Assembly (NCBI GenBank): GCA_003514005.1
Contig: DOSJ01000022.1
Coordinates: forward strand, 13,804-77,803
Length of the DNA stretch: 64,000 bases
Origin: Candidatus Falkowbacteria bacterium
GTDB taxonomy: Bacteria > Patescibacteriota > Patescibacteriia > Patescibacteriales > UBA12075
Direction of reading: 5' to 3'
The stretch's first letter is position 1; every line of letters starts with the position of its first letter. Both the position numbers and the translations under genes were made by a program. Positions 38,052-47,335 of the stretch are shown in pieces. A model generated the notes under the pieces. It did not search any database. It was not told where the DNA came from and worked only from the letters and a program-made list of their open reading frames with translations.

Positions 38052-38747
38052 TTATTTCTCACTCTCCAACCAAGCCTTCAAGAGAAATATTGTTTCTGTT
38101 TGCAATTTTGCTCGCGCCCAATCTTTTTGCGACTCGGAAAGTACCTCACCAAGTCCATCAAGAATGTGGCGATTTTCCATTTTTTCCAAAAGTTTTATAC
38201 ATTTTAACAAAACGTCTTTGAATGGCATCTTGGCGCGACCCTCAACCAATTCTCTATTTATCGGCCAATTATTTTTTGCAAAAAAATATACATCATAAAC
38301 ATCACGGCTTGTTTTACCTATTCTTTCATACATAGCCATCAGTTTGTTGGCAAACATATCCTCCTGGATCATTACCCGCATTGAAATGCCCAGCAAAGTT
38401 TTTATTTCATATCTAGAACCAAAATCGCGGCGATTAACTTCTATTTTTATATTCTGAGATTTTATATCGTATGAAATTACTGTTACAAGATTGAAACGCT
38501 TGATTCTTGAATCAACAACTTCGCCATAGCCCATGGCTATTTTTTGAATTTTTTCAAACACTTCTTGTTCTTTGGTTTCATCCAAAAGATCTAGGTCAAT
38601 ATCGACAGAATTTCTAGTCAAATCATAAAACATCATGGCGGCTGTTCCACCCTTAAAACCCAGATAAGGCGAAAGCGAAGAATCGGAAAATATATCTTTC
38701 AAAATTTGCAATAATATATTCTTGTGTTTCGGATAATCTAAAGTCAT
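38052..38747 (-). CDS. abiEii: AbiEii-family nucleotidyltransferase toxin (type IV TA)
   Basis: FKGGTAAMMFYDLTRNSVDIDLD, IKIEVN, ANKL.A, RDVYDVYF. Confidence 0.9.
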   Translation of the reverse strand: MTLDYPKHKNILLQILKDIFSDSSLSPYLGFKGGTAAMMFYDLTRNSVDIDLDLLDETKEQEVFEKIQKIAMGYGEVVDSRIKRFNLVTVISYDIKSQNIKIEVNRRDFGSRYEIKTLLGISMRVMIQEDMFANKLMAMYERIGKTSRDVYDVYFFAKNNWPINRELVEGRAKMPFKDVLLKCIKLLEKMENRHILDGLGEVLSESQKDWARAKLQTETIFLLKAWLESEK

Positions 38748-39358
38748 ATATTTTTATTTTCTAATTTGTTATCTTGATAATGTTTATAATACATTCGAAC
38801 TTTTTTATCCATTCTCTTATTACGATATATCGGCAAAATTTCAAAAACCTTATCCCAATCCAAAACGTCCATGTGATCAAAATGATATTCCTTGCTAATA
38901 TATATCCGATCCAAAAATGCCCGCTCTTTTGTAGCGATTGAAATATCATTAACGTGCTCTATACCGATAGTATTGCTTAATACATAATCTTTTAATCTTA
39001 CGAAGGATATTTTTTGACCATCAACTTCAATTTCTCTAGTAACATAAGAAGCAACAAAAATATTTCCATAGTATTGAAAATTTATTCCAGCCCGAGTCAA
39101 TACGGTTTCAAAACTGACATACGCAGGCGTATATATGCGCGTAGCCAATTCAAAACGATCATAATTTTTGTCTTTTGCATAAATACCACGATGCACTCTG
39201 ATTAATTTCCCGGTTTTTACATAATTATTTAACCGAACTCTAACATTGTTTTCTGCTTGTTCACCCCATAACAAAACAATGTCTTTTGTGGAAAATACAG
39301 TCTTTGATGATTTTAATAAAATGTCGAAATATTGACCTTTTTTAGAAATATTTTTCAT
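38744..39358 (-). CDS. abiEi: AbiEi-family antitoxin / transcriptional regulator
   Basis: N-terminal wHTH, GKLIRVHRGIY, PAYVSFETVL, ATKERAFLD; 4-nt overlap with abiEii. Confidence 0.9.
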   Translation of the reverse strand: MKNISKKGQYFDILLKSSKTVFSTKDIVLLWGEQAENNVRVRLNNYVKTGKLIRVHRGIYAKDKNYDRFELATRIYTPAYVSFETVLTRAGINFQYYGNIFVASYVTREIEVDGQKISFVRLKDYVLSNTIGIEHVNDISIATKERAFLDRIYISKEYHFDHMDVLDWDKVFEILPIYRNKRMDKKVRMYYKHYQDNKLENKNI

Positions 39359-39363
39359 ATATT

Positions 39364-39396
39364 TACTGGGGGTTAGCTTAAAACTAACTTCCAGTA
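39364..39396. promoter_or_regulatory. Inverted-repeat operator upstream of abiEi
   Basis: tactgggggttag-cttaaaa-ctaacttccagta. AbiEi proteins are known to autoregulate through promoter inverted repeats. Confidence 0.6.
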
Positions 39397-39446
39397 CAAT
39401 TATATGCTATTTTGTTAAAAATTGCAAGGGGATAAAATTAATCAAG

Positions 39447-39490
39447 CAAAAAAAGCCCCATCGCAAGAATAATCTGGCGACAGGGCGTTT
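39447..39490 (-). terminator. Terminator, copy B of the 44-bp direct repeat
   Basis: caaaaaaagccccatcgcaagaataatctggcgacagggcgttt. Confidence 0.8.
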
Positions 39491-39495
39491 GCATT

Positions 39496-39885
39496 TTATT
39501 GAAGGAACAAATACATGATAATGATATGAAGGGCATTATCAACCTCTTTGTAAACAATGCAGGAAAAAATTAAGTCGATTTGGTGATATTTGTCGGCAGA
39601 ATTAAAGGCTTTAACTATATTTCTTCCCTTAATCATGTCTAACCATTTTTGCCCAAGCGACCAATAATCAATCGGAAAATGACTTAGAAAAATTACACCA
39701 ACAGTATACAAATCAAAGCGCTGTAAAAATAGACACACACTCACGGTATAGATAGCGCAATGAAGAAAACATATAGTTACACCTCTAAATGATTTTTCTG
39801 ATTTAGTAAGCGCCATTAAACGACTTTGTGTTAAATAATCACCTAACCAACTGCCCATCATTATGTTCGCGAATAGACAATCCAT
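39496..39885 (-). CDS. DUF3307-like membrane protein
   Basis: WLGDYLTQS..MA..K, LHC.IY, SHFPIDY, VDNALH. Confidence 0.8.
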   Translation of the reverse strand: MDCLFANIMMGSWLGDYLTQSRLMALTKSEKSFRGVTICFLHCAIYTVSVCLFLQRFDLYTVGVIFLSHFPIDYWSLGQKWLDMIKGRNIVKAFNSADKYHQIDLIFSCIVYKEVDNALHIIIMYLFLQ

Positions 39886-39911
39886 TGTGTACCTCCTTTT
39901 ATTGAAAAATA

Positions 39912-40943
39912 CTATTCTAACTCATCGGCGAATCGCTTCGCCACCTCCCTAGTTTTTTCCAAATCACCGCTCGTTACAATTTTTCGAATCATCAAGTTCT
40001 CTGCTTTGGCGATTTTCTTACTCTCGCTCCAACCAGGAATACGACGGATGAACGGCAACATATGTTCAGTGTTTCTACCGTTTACCCGTTTAGCATTTTC
40101 GTTGACACTGTCACAGCCCAGATAAAGCACCTTGCCTCCGACAAAATTGTACATCGGCTTATCCGGTTGCAGGCCGTAGGCAATTTCAACAAATACATGC
40201 GAATTTGCCGGAACGTTGAGAAGTGACTGCTTCAAAAGATTAATCCAAGGAATCCCGATGACTTGCTTCAGTTCCTCTTCGCGTTCCAACGCTACTTTGA
40301 TTAAATCTTCTTCACCAAAATGTGCTTTGAGTAATGGCTTTAATTCTTTATTAAAGCCATCGGTATTAATATGGACAATGTCATCTCTACCCTCTTTGAG
40401 CATATTAAGAAAAGTGCTTTTGCCAGAACCAGGACGACCGACTACGAGAAAAATGTTTTTTAGATTTAGCCGTTTTTCGATCAAGGCAGAAATCACTCCG
40501 GGCGAAACAAATTCTTTCAAACCTTCCAGCTCCAGATTTTGCATCATCGTTCTGACTTTGGTCGCAGATATTCCTTCAAATCCGCAAGTGCTAAAAAAAT
40601 AGATGAATTTATCCACGCCGTATTGTTCTTTATTTAGCTTCATTACTATTTTTTCTTCTTGAAAATCTTCATAACTCCGAAGACCGCGAACCATCACGAT
40701 TTTTTTTCGATTAATGCCAAGCTTGCCCATTTCTTCAAAAGTCGTCAGCGTCACATTTTTCGGCAGATCATAGCTTCGCCACAATTCTTTGCTTTCCTCT
40801 GTTGAAAAGATGTCTTGTTTAAGCGGATTAGTTGAACAAACCACATACACATGCGGCAGACTTTTTGCCGCGCTTTTTACGAGTTCAAAATGTCCTTTTG
40901 TCGGCGGTGAAAAACGTCCCGGATACACATAATAAACTTTCAT
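39912..40943 (-). CDS. Bifunctional CoaD-like adenylyltransferase / CoaE-like kinase fusion
   Basis: N-terminal YPGRFSPPTKGH, VRGLRSYEDFQEE, ISATKVR (PPAT-like). C-terminal GRPGSGKST, INTD, HFG, VFVEI (dephospho-CoA kinase-like). Confidence 0.75.
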   Translation of the reverse strand: MKVYYVYPGRFSPPTKGHFELVKSAAKSLPHVYVVCSTNPLKQDIFSTEESKELWRSYDLPKNVTLTTFEEMGKLGINRKKIVMVRGLRSYEDFQEEKIVMKLNKEQYGVDKFIYFFSTCGFEGISATKVRTMMQNLELEGLKEFVSPGVISALIEKRLNLKNIFLVVGRPGSGKSTFLNMLKEGRDDIVHINTDGFNKELKPLLKAHFGEEDLIKVALEREEELKQVIGIPWINLLKQSLLNVPANSHVFVEIAYGLQPDKPMYNFVGGKVLYLGCDSVNENAKRVNGRNTEHMLPFIRRIPGWSESKKIAKAENLMIRKIVTSGDLEKTREVAKRFADELE

Positions 40944-41081
40944 GGCTTCCTCCTTGTTATTTGGTTGTCAATGATCATATTTGTATTATGGAGGAAAAAA
41001 GATTTTTTGAATTAAAAAAACATGCCACATATTGACATAATTATTATTTTTTGCTATCTTTAAATAAAATAAAAAAATAAA

Positions 41082-41101
41082 TTGTCGAAAAAAATCGACA
41101 A
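41082..41101. promoter_or_regulatory. Palindrome upstream of the TrmB-like gene
   Basis: TTGTCGA-aaaaaa-TCGACAA perfect inverted repeat, 13 nt before the ATG. Confidence 0.45.
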
Positions 41102-41114
41102 CAATATAAAAAAT

Positions 41115-41873
41115 ATGAATAACGAAATCAAAAACAGTTTAAAAAACCTTGGCTTTCGCAATAACGAAATCAAGGTTTATATGGCACTAACCAGTCTGGG
41201 CGAGGCCAATGCGGCAGAGATTGCCAAAAAAGCTGATTTGCCACGGACGACTGCTATTAGTATTTTGGAAAAATTAAAAGAAGATAATTATTTAACCACG
41301 CATAAATATCGCGGCACTACCAGCTATTGGATTGAATCACCACAAACGCTAGTAAACATTTTTGAACACAAAATCGATATCGCAAATTCTCTTGGCGAAC
41401 TCTTGAACAAAGAATATCGCCAAGAAGCGCACTTCCCTTTTGCGGAAACTTATGATACAAAAACAGGCATCCGGCAGTATATTGAAAAATTTTTATGTAA
41501 GCTAAATAAAAATTCCACTATCTACACAATCGATTCTCCCAAAAGCGGAAATTATGCAAAGATTTTTTCTGATAAGATTAGCGAGGTGATTTTAATCAGC
41601 AAGAAAAAAAGAAATATCTCAACAAAATCTTTGATTCCCTTTGGAACTTATGATGATGATATGATCAAAAAAACTCAAGCGCAAAATATTGAAATCCGCG
41701 AACTGCCAAAAGAAATCACATTCAGTGCTTCACTCTGGCTAACAAACGACACACTTACCCATTTCTCTGGTAACCCCCCGTTCTTGGCTGTAGTCCAGCA
41801 CAAACTGATCGTTGCTAGCATGAAAAGTATTTACGATTTTTTCTGGAGCATTTCTAATAGCCCAAAAAAATAA
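41115..41873 (+). CDS. TrmB-family transcriptional regulator
   Basis: LKNLGFRNNEIKVYMALTSLGEANAAEIAKKADLPRTT; C-terminal effector domain ending SMKSIYDFFW. Confidence 0.88.
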   Translation: MNNEIKNSLKNLGFRNNEIKVYMALTSLGEANAAEIAKKADLPRTTAISILEKLKEDNYLTTHKYRGTTSYWIESPQTLVNIFEHKIDIANSLGELLNKEYRQEAHFPFAETYDTKTGIRQYIEKFLCKLNKNSTIYTIDSPKSGNYAKIFSDKISEVILISKKKRNISTKSLIPFGTYDDDMIKKTQAQNIEIRELPKEITFSASLWLTNDTLTHFSGNPPFLAVVQHKLIVASMKSIYDFFWSISNSPKK

Positions 41874-41909
41874 AAAACCCGTTACCTGCTTTCTCGCAAG
41901 TAACGGGTA
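41872..41909. terminator. Terminator at the distal end of the NAD cluster
   Basis: aaaaaacccgttacctgc-tttctc-gcaagtaacgggt. Confidence 0.7.
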
Positions 41910-41914
41910 TCTCA

Positions 41915-42130
41915 TTAAAAATTTTGTTGTAAAAAAGAATTAAGCTCTTTTTTTTCAACTAGGAACAATGAATTGTATGATGATTTATTGCGCTCAACAA
42001 TTGGCTTTATAATTTCGTGGATAATTTCTCCAGACAAAATTGCAGCTTCTTTTTTGCTGTTTTTTTCAAATTCAAAAATATATACATAGTCATTTGTCGC
42101 CGCAATCCTAAATAATAGACACCATTTCAT
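41915..42130 (-). CDS. Small hypothetical protein
   Basis: 71-aa ORF immediately after nadE, with AAGGAG RBS. Confidence 0.5.
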   Translation of the reverse strand: MKWCLLFRIAATNDYVYIFEFEKNSKKEAAILSGEIIHEIIKPIVERNKSSYNSLFLVEKKELNSFLQQNF

Positions 42131-42144
42131 TCATATTTTCTCCT

Positions 42145-43062
42145 TCATCTTATTTTATCATTAATTAAAGTAATTTTCGGTTGTGCAGGACTCAACAAGC
42201 TGGCTTTTTTCAAGGCAATCTCATGTCTCCTAAGAATATCTTCCAATAGGTTTTGTGGAGAATCAAATTTTGGATTTTGAAATTTGAGATTGTATTCCTT
42301 GATTTGTTCTTTAGCAAAACTCAAAAGACTATTAGATTCAATAATTTCTTCATAAGAAAAATCCTGCTTTAATGCCTCTTGCACCATCTCAATGATTTCA
42401 TATCTATAGCCCAGATCACCAAAATCTGTTTGACCTAATTCAAGCCCAGCGGTCGGTTCGCGATATGCCAAATCACCAAGACCGACATATGACGCCATTA
42501 TTTTAACCAGTCTTTTTGACAAACCGGCAATCGGGCTAATATGAACAGCCCCATCACCGAATAACGTATAGTAACCGATACCAAAATCTTCATCACTATT
42601 TCCTGTGCCGATGACAAGTTTATTTTCAGTCGCGGCTTTGCCGTGCAATACAACAGCACGAATTTCAGAGGTTAAGTTGCCTTTATGGAATTGATTTTCC
42701 ATCGCTTCCTTATTCGTTGACTTAAACGCATCAACTAATTCGCTAATGTCATGTATTCCGTAACGGATTTTAAGTTTTAAAACAACCCGAATTGCATCAT
42801 GCATATCTTGCTCGTTATTAGTGCTTGATGGCAACATATAAGCTACCAATTCCAGCTTTTGTTTCGGTAAAGTGGCATTATACTTATCAAACGCATGTTT
42901 TGTTATCGCGGCCGTAAGTGTTGAGTCAACACCTCCAGACAACCCGATAACACCACCAGTCTTTCCCAATGAAAGAACTTGACTAACAATAAAATCTCCA
43001 ATTTCATTTAGTACTTCTTGCGGATTAATTTTTGGTAAATAAATTCTTTTATCATTTATCAT
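42145..43062 (-). CDS. nadE: NH3-dependent NAD+ synthetase
   Basis: GLSGGVDS, GTGNSDE, GYYTLFGDG, EPTAGLELGQTD. Confidence 0.92.
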   Translation of the reverse strand: MINDKRIYLPKINPQEVLNEIGDFIVSQVLSLGKTGGVIGLSGGVDSTLTAAITKHAFDKYNATLPKQKLELVAYMLPSSTNNEQDMHDAIRVVLKLKIRYGIHDISELVDAFKSTNKEAMENQFHKGNLTSEIRAVVLHGKAATENKLVIGTGNSDEDFGIGYYTLFGDGAVHISPIAGLSKRLVKIMASYVGLGDLAYREPTAGLELGQTDFGDLGYRYEIIEMVQEALKQDFSYEEIIESNSLLSFAKEQIKEYNLKFQNPKFDSPQNLLEDILRRHEIALKKASLLSPAQPKITLINDKIR

Positions 43063-43088
43063 GACTTTTCTCCTTTGTTATTTTCGCG

Positions 43089-43982
43089 TTATGCGATTTG
43101 TTTTTTTAATTTCTTCAAAAAGTCTTTTAACTCAGCATCTGAATAATTTTCTAGATGCGAAATTTCGAGTACAATCGGCGTCCGGTGACGGCGAAAATAT
43201 TGCGGATACTTTTTGTAACCGCTGACATTTCCGGGCCGAGGCAACAGATGTTCGTCGTCGCTCCAGTCATTCGGATTAAAAACTCCGCCATTTCCATTAA
43301 AATGAAAATTGAAAATTGGAATGCCCAGTGCCAGATAATTAGCAAAATCAGCTTTGGTGGCCAAGCGTAAATGCCCGGTATCAATCGTCAAGCCAAAAGT
43401 CCGCGTATCACACAGCATTTTTTTAAAATGATTCGGTTGATACCCAAGATTGCCGGCCTTGACTTTTGGATGCGTCATGTTTTCTATGGCAATTTTGGTC
43501 CTGTACCCATACTTGATGCGAATACCATCCAGTTTCATAAAAAAACGCTTTGCTTTTTTCAGCGCATACTTTTCTGAAAATATCTCATTGTTGTTTTCAG
43601 AAAAAACTGGCGGATGCCAAGTTAGTACTGAGCCTAGCCTGTATTTCCGATAAATCCTTTCAAACATAACTAGCCAATCCAAGATTATGTCTTGATGTTC
43701 TTTCACACAAACATTTAGCCCTTTTTCAATGTTAATTGAAACGGTCGTTTCTGTCGGCAGATGAATTTGCACGACTACGCCTTTTAACAAGTTTTTTAAA
43801 TACGTTAAGTTAATACCGTTTGGCACAAAAGAACGGTTTTCATAACTGTACAATGGGAAACCAGATTGTGCCATGCAATGAGGATTTATTTCCATCATAT
43901 TTACGCCAAATTTCATTACTCGATTTATCTCATCAAGATTTTTTACGGAAAATCCAATTAACTGATTATCTTTCCACGCCAT
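43089..43982 (-). CDS. Xylose-isomerase/AP-endonuclease-2-like TIM-barrel protein
   Basis: QIHLP, TWHP, IAIENM, LTIDTGH, FHF, DEHL, IVLEI metal-binding pattern. Confidence 0.8.
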   Translation of the reverse strand: MAWKDNQLIGFSVKNLDEINRVMKFGVNMMEINPHCMAQSGFPLYSYENRSFVPNGINLTYLKNLLKGVVVQIHLPTETTVSINIEKGLNVCVKEHQDIILDWLVMFERIYRKYRLGSVLTWHPPVFSENNNEIFSEKYALKKAKRFFMKLDGIRIKYGYRTKIAIENMTHPKVKAGNLGYQPNHFKKMLCDTRTFGLTIDTGHLRLATKADFANYLALGIPIFNFHFNGNGGVFNPNDWSDDEHLLPRPGNVSGYKKYPQYFRRHRTPIVLEISHLENYSDAELKDFLKKLKKQIA

Positions 43983-44126
43983 AACACTACCTCCGTTTTT
44001 AATTGTTTTCTATTATTAATTTTTCAAAGATCATTTCTCCTTGCTGAAATAAACTATACTTATAATTTATTTTAGTAAAGATGGCAGGGAAGGAATTTTT
44101 TTCACTTCCCTGCCGTGTTTTGAATA

Positions 44127-44924
44127 TTATCCCCTAAAACCCTTTTTTGTCTGTAGAGCGAGAAAAAAATTACTGTTTTCCAGTACAACAATCTTTAATT
44201 TTACTGGGTGTTTTTTAACAATAATCATGCCACCGTCGCGAACAACGTCTAGTTTTTGACCATCACCAAATAATAAGGCACTACCGGGCGGACGGCAAGG
44301 TGCTACTTCAATTTTTATGATTGAATTATCAGACACAATCAATGGTCGAGTATTACAAACGGTCGGGCAAATCGTTGTTATTATAAATATTGACTGCACA
44401 TCGGGTTCGCAAATAGGACCTCCAGCGCCTTGATTATAGCCAGTTGAGCCAGTTGGAGTGCTAACAATTACACCATTTGCCTTTAAACTATCATGCACTA
44501 GAATATCATTTTTCCAAATAGTATAATATGGAACACCTTCGGAACCTTCAAAATATACGTCATTGACTAGCGGCCCAAATTCTTTACCGCCATATTTAAG
44601 CATGAGGCCAAGGCGTTCTTCGATTCTAAAATTCCCTTGCAAAAATTCCGATATTGGCTTTTCCCAATCCGTAATATGACCATAGGTTAAAAAACCAACA
44701 TTTCCCGCATTAATCGATAAAACTGGGATACCAAGTTTTGAACACGCCGATGCAGTCCTCATTAAATTAGAATCTCCGCCAAAAGTAATTTCATATTCCG
44801 GCTTGTCTTCCCTTTTAACAATATCATCTCCGTGTTTTTTCAACCAAATCTTAATATCATTAAAAATTTGCAAATTATTTCCTTCTTGTGCCTTATACGG
44901 ATCAATGCTCATTGAAATTCTCAT
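44127..44924 (-). CDS. nadK: NAD kinase (divergent)
   Basis: FGGDSNL (GGDGT variant), INAGNVGFLT, VND, GVIVSTPTGSTGY..GAGGP, DGQ. Confidence 0.88.
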   Translation of the reverse strand: MRISMSIDPYKAQEGNNLQIFNDIKIWLKKHGDDIVKREDKPEYEITFGGDSNLMRTASACSKLGIPVLSINAGNVGFLTYGHITDWEKPISEFLQGNFRIEERLGLMLKYGGKEFGPLVNDVYFEGSEGVPYYTIWKNDILVHDSLKANGVIVSTPTGSTGYNQGAGGPICEPDVQSIFIITTICPTVCNTRPLIVSDNSIIKIEVAPCRPPGSALLFGDGQKLDVVRDGGMIIVKKHPVKLKIVVLENSNFFLALQTKKGFRG

Positions 44925-45060
44925 ATTCTCTCCTTTATTAATTGTTATTCAATTGTTAAAAATTCCCTCCCTTAATAAAAATATCTTACTCTAAAAATAT
45001 TTTTAGTAAAGGCCGGTAAAGAAAGCTGGGTTTAGCTTTCTTTACCGGGGTATTGATAGA

Positions 45061-46644
45061 TTACCTCACCTGTTTCAAGGCTTCTTCTCTGATTTTACTT
45101 CTCTTTTGACGCAAGGCCTTTGTCATGGCAATACCGGTTTTGTTTTCACCAATATCTCTAGTAAAATCAGGTCCAAGCGTTTTTCGCTGTAAACTTGATC
45201 TTTCCACGCCATTTTGAATTGCTAATGACCGCGCTAATGATTCATGTGTATACTCGGGATTGAAAAATGGTTTTCCAGGATTTGTTAATCCGTCGTACAA
45301 TAACACTTTTTGACTTGAATAGTTTGGCGGTGCGCTTTCTCCTTTTTCTCCCAGAATGTAAACGCCGGTATCATTATTTATAAACCATTCAACACGGCCA
45401 GGGACAGATTGTTTCATTGTGTCATCGAGACATATTTTCATTGTCTCAACTGTGTCAATTGGTTCTTTTGGAGTACCGTCATGGAATAAACAAGCTTTAT
45501 TGGCCACTTCAAGCGCTCTCCTTGGTCCAATGAATGCACCACCGGCTCCATGAATTGCACGCTCTTTGGAAAGGCCATACTGCTTACGTTTTTTCTCTGC
45601 CTCCAGCACGTCCAAGGGTTTGTGTCCATCTTCAAAAACAACATTAATCATTTTTCCCTCGTCTTGCAGAACTGTTAAATCATGCATTCCGAGTTTTAAT
45701 GTATCTCCGCTGTCCGGACGTTCCGCAAACGGTGCCGGATAACCTTCTCCTAACAGTTGCTGTAAATCTTTAAACCCATAATCATGCTTGATAATATCAA
45801 GTAGCACAGTGCAGTATGGTCCGAGTTCAGAGCCTAATAAAGCCCGCAATGAATCAATGAATTTTTTCCATTGCTGATAAAAGCAATGTCCCGTGGTGCC
45901 CGCACTCTTGAATGGAGCGCCATTGATAAACGCACCAAGATCATTTGACGTGGAAATAATACCACCACCAATCAACATCGCCAAAAGCATATCGTCACTA
46001 AACTCACAATTCTGCAAAGCACGGAAAGCGACTTCAATAAATCGCCAAGGATCGCCTAGTACTTCGGCAAATTGCGCGGCAATGGTTGCCACATGGGTTA
46101 ATTGCCCAATCTGAATATACATTGGTTCATTTACCCATACCGCCGGTTTTTCACCATATATTTCCGCAATCGGAAATGGTACGCCGGTAAATACAGCCCC
46201 TTCTCCAACACATTCAATCCGTATCGGCAAGTAGCCATCAAAATCATCAACAACATGGTGCCAGTATTCAGCATTAAACTGCCGAGGATGACCATTGTGT
46301 TTACCGGATTGAAAATCAGCGACCAAGTCAACTTCATTATGCGTAATCTGATGACTCAAAAATTCCAACCATTTCCAGAATCCAGCCGCAACCGTAAACC
46401 CACCAAGCTGTTTTCGAACTAACACGTGATGCGCCGCATATTTTTTTCCCGGCAAGCAAGCCATAAAATGCTCATAGTTATCACTTAACACCAATGGAAT
46501 GTTTTTGGCAATCATCTTTCTCAGCCATTGCGGAATTTTCATAAAATCTTCGTATCTACTCGGTAACTTACCGTACCCAAAATGCTTTAGAAGTAAATTG
46601 TTTGCCTCTGACATGTCCTTTCCATAATTTATGTATGAACTCAT
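45061..46644 (-). CDS. Nicotinate/nicotinamide phosphoribosyltransferase (PncB/NadV superfamily)
   Basis: LSDNYEH, AFRA, STSND, GTTGH, ERPDSGD, GAGG, KQSVPGR. Start placed at ATG 46644 with AAGGAG RBS. Confidence 0.82.
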   Translation of the reverse strand: MSSYINYGKDMSEANNLLLKHFGYGKLPSRYEDFMKIPQWLRKMIAKNIPLVLSDNYEHFMACLPGKKYAAHHVLVRKQLGGFTVAAGFWKWLEFLSHQITHNEVDLVADFQSGKHNGHPRQFNAEYWHHVVDDFDGYLPIRIECVGEGAVFTGVPFPIAEIYGEKPAVWVNEPMYIQIGQLTHVATIAAQFAEVLGDPWRFIEVAFRALQNCEFSDDMLLAMLIGGGIISTSNDLGAFINGAPFKSAGTTGHCFYQQWKKFIDSLRALLGSELGPYCTVLLDIIKHDYGFKDLQQLLGEGYPAPFAERPDSGDTLKLGMHDLTVLQDEGKMINVVFEDGHKPLDVLEAEKKRKQYGLSKERAIHGAGGAFIGPRRALEVANKACLFHDGTPKEPIDTVETMKICLDDTMKQSVPGRVEWFINNDTGVYILGEKGESAPPNYSSQKVLLYDGLTNPGKPFFNPEYTHESLARSLAIQNGVERSSLQRKTLGPDFTRDIGENKTGIAMTKALRQKRSKIREEALKQVR

Positions 46645-46660
46645 TTTTATGTTCTCCTTT

Positions 46661-47176
46661 TCAACTTGGTTTAACCGCAGAAAATACCAATAAATCATAA
46701 AATTGTTTTGCCAACTTGTAGCGTCCGCGCAAAATGCCGTCACAGTTAAAATCGGACAGGCTTTTGCATACTTCAACCATATACTCATCACACTCTGGTA
46801 CATTTATATAGACTGTGTTTAACTTTAATTCAGCAAATGCTATTTTTAACAAAACATTTATTGCCGATTTTTCAAAAACCATATTTTGAAAAGCCGGAAA
46901 TATCATAATTCCCAATCTGGCATTTTCCATAATAGTATCAATCTCATGAAGTCCGATTGTTCCAATCGCATCACCAGATGTATACTGGCGTATTATAAAC
47001 AGTTTATCGGTTTCACTTTGACACATTTTTTTCAAATATGCTTGTTCAGATTGTAGACCAAATGGCTCTGAGAAAAAAGCAATATTTGCTCCTACTCCAC
47101 CATTTATGCCATCCAGTATTTCTTCTGCATGACAGGCTTCTGCCCTTGATAAAAAAATCCTCCTTTCATCAGACAT
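46661..47176 (-). CDS. GNAT acetyltransferase (RimJ/RimL/SpeG-like)
   Basis: IGTIGLHEID...NARLGIMI, IAFAELKLNTVY, GILRG......YDLLVFS; the acetyl-CoA loop is degenerate. Confidence 0.78.
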   Translation of the reverse strand: MSDERRIFLSRAEACHAEEILDGINGGVGANIAFFSEPFGLQSEQAYLKKMCQSETDKLFIIRQYTSGDAIGTIGLHEIDTIMENARLGIMIFPAFQNMVFEKSAINVLLKIAFAELKLNTVYINVPECDEYMVEVCKSLSDFNCDGILRGRYKLAKQFYDLLVFSAVKPS

Positions 47177-47206
47177 TTCAAATCCCCCTTCTATTAAATT
47201 GTTATG

Positions 47207-47317
47207 TAAAGATCATCCGGCTTATTTAGTTTTTTAAATAAGCCGAGAAAGCTTTATCCAAATATCTTTTGGGTAAAATTTTCTATTGGGCAGTAGTGAG
47301 TTTTTTCACTACTGCCC
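47207..47317 (-). repeat. Triple-hairpin plus boxA-like intergenic element, copy 1
   Basis: Near-identical to 48714-48825. Hairpins cggcttattta/taaataagccg, agaaa..tttatccaaa/tttgggtaaa..tttct and gggcagtagtga/tcactactgccc. Confidence 0.9.
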
Positions 47318-47335
47318 AGTTTTTTGTTTATTGCT

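Noticed and set aside
39912-40943. NadR (NMN adenylyltransferase + ribosylnicotinamide kinase)
   Set aside because: RGLR...DF.EE and the kinase's INTD/HFG/VFVEI features fit CoaD and CoaE better. Kept only as an alternative to test.
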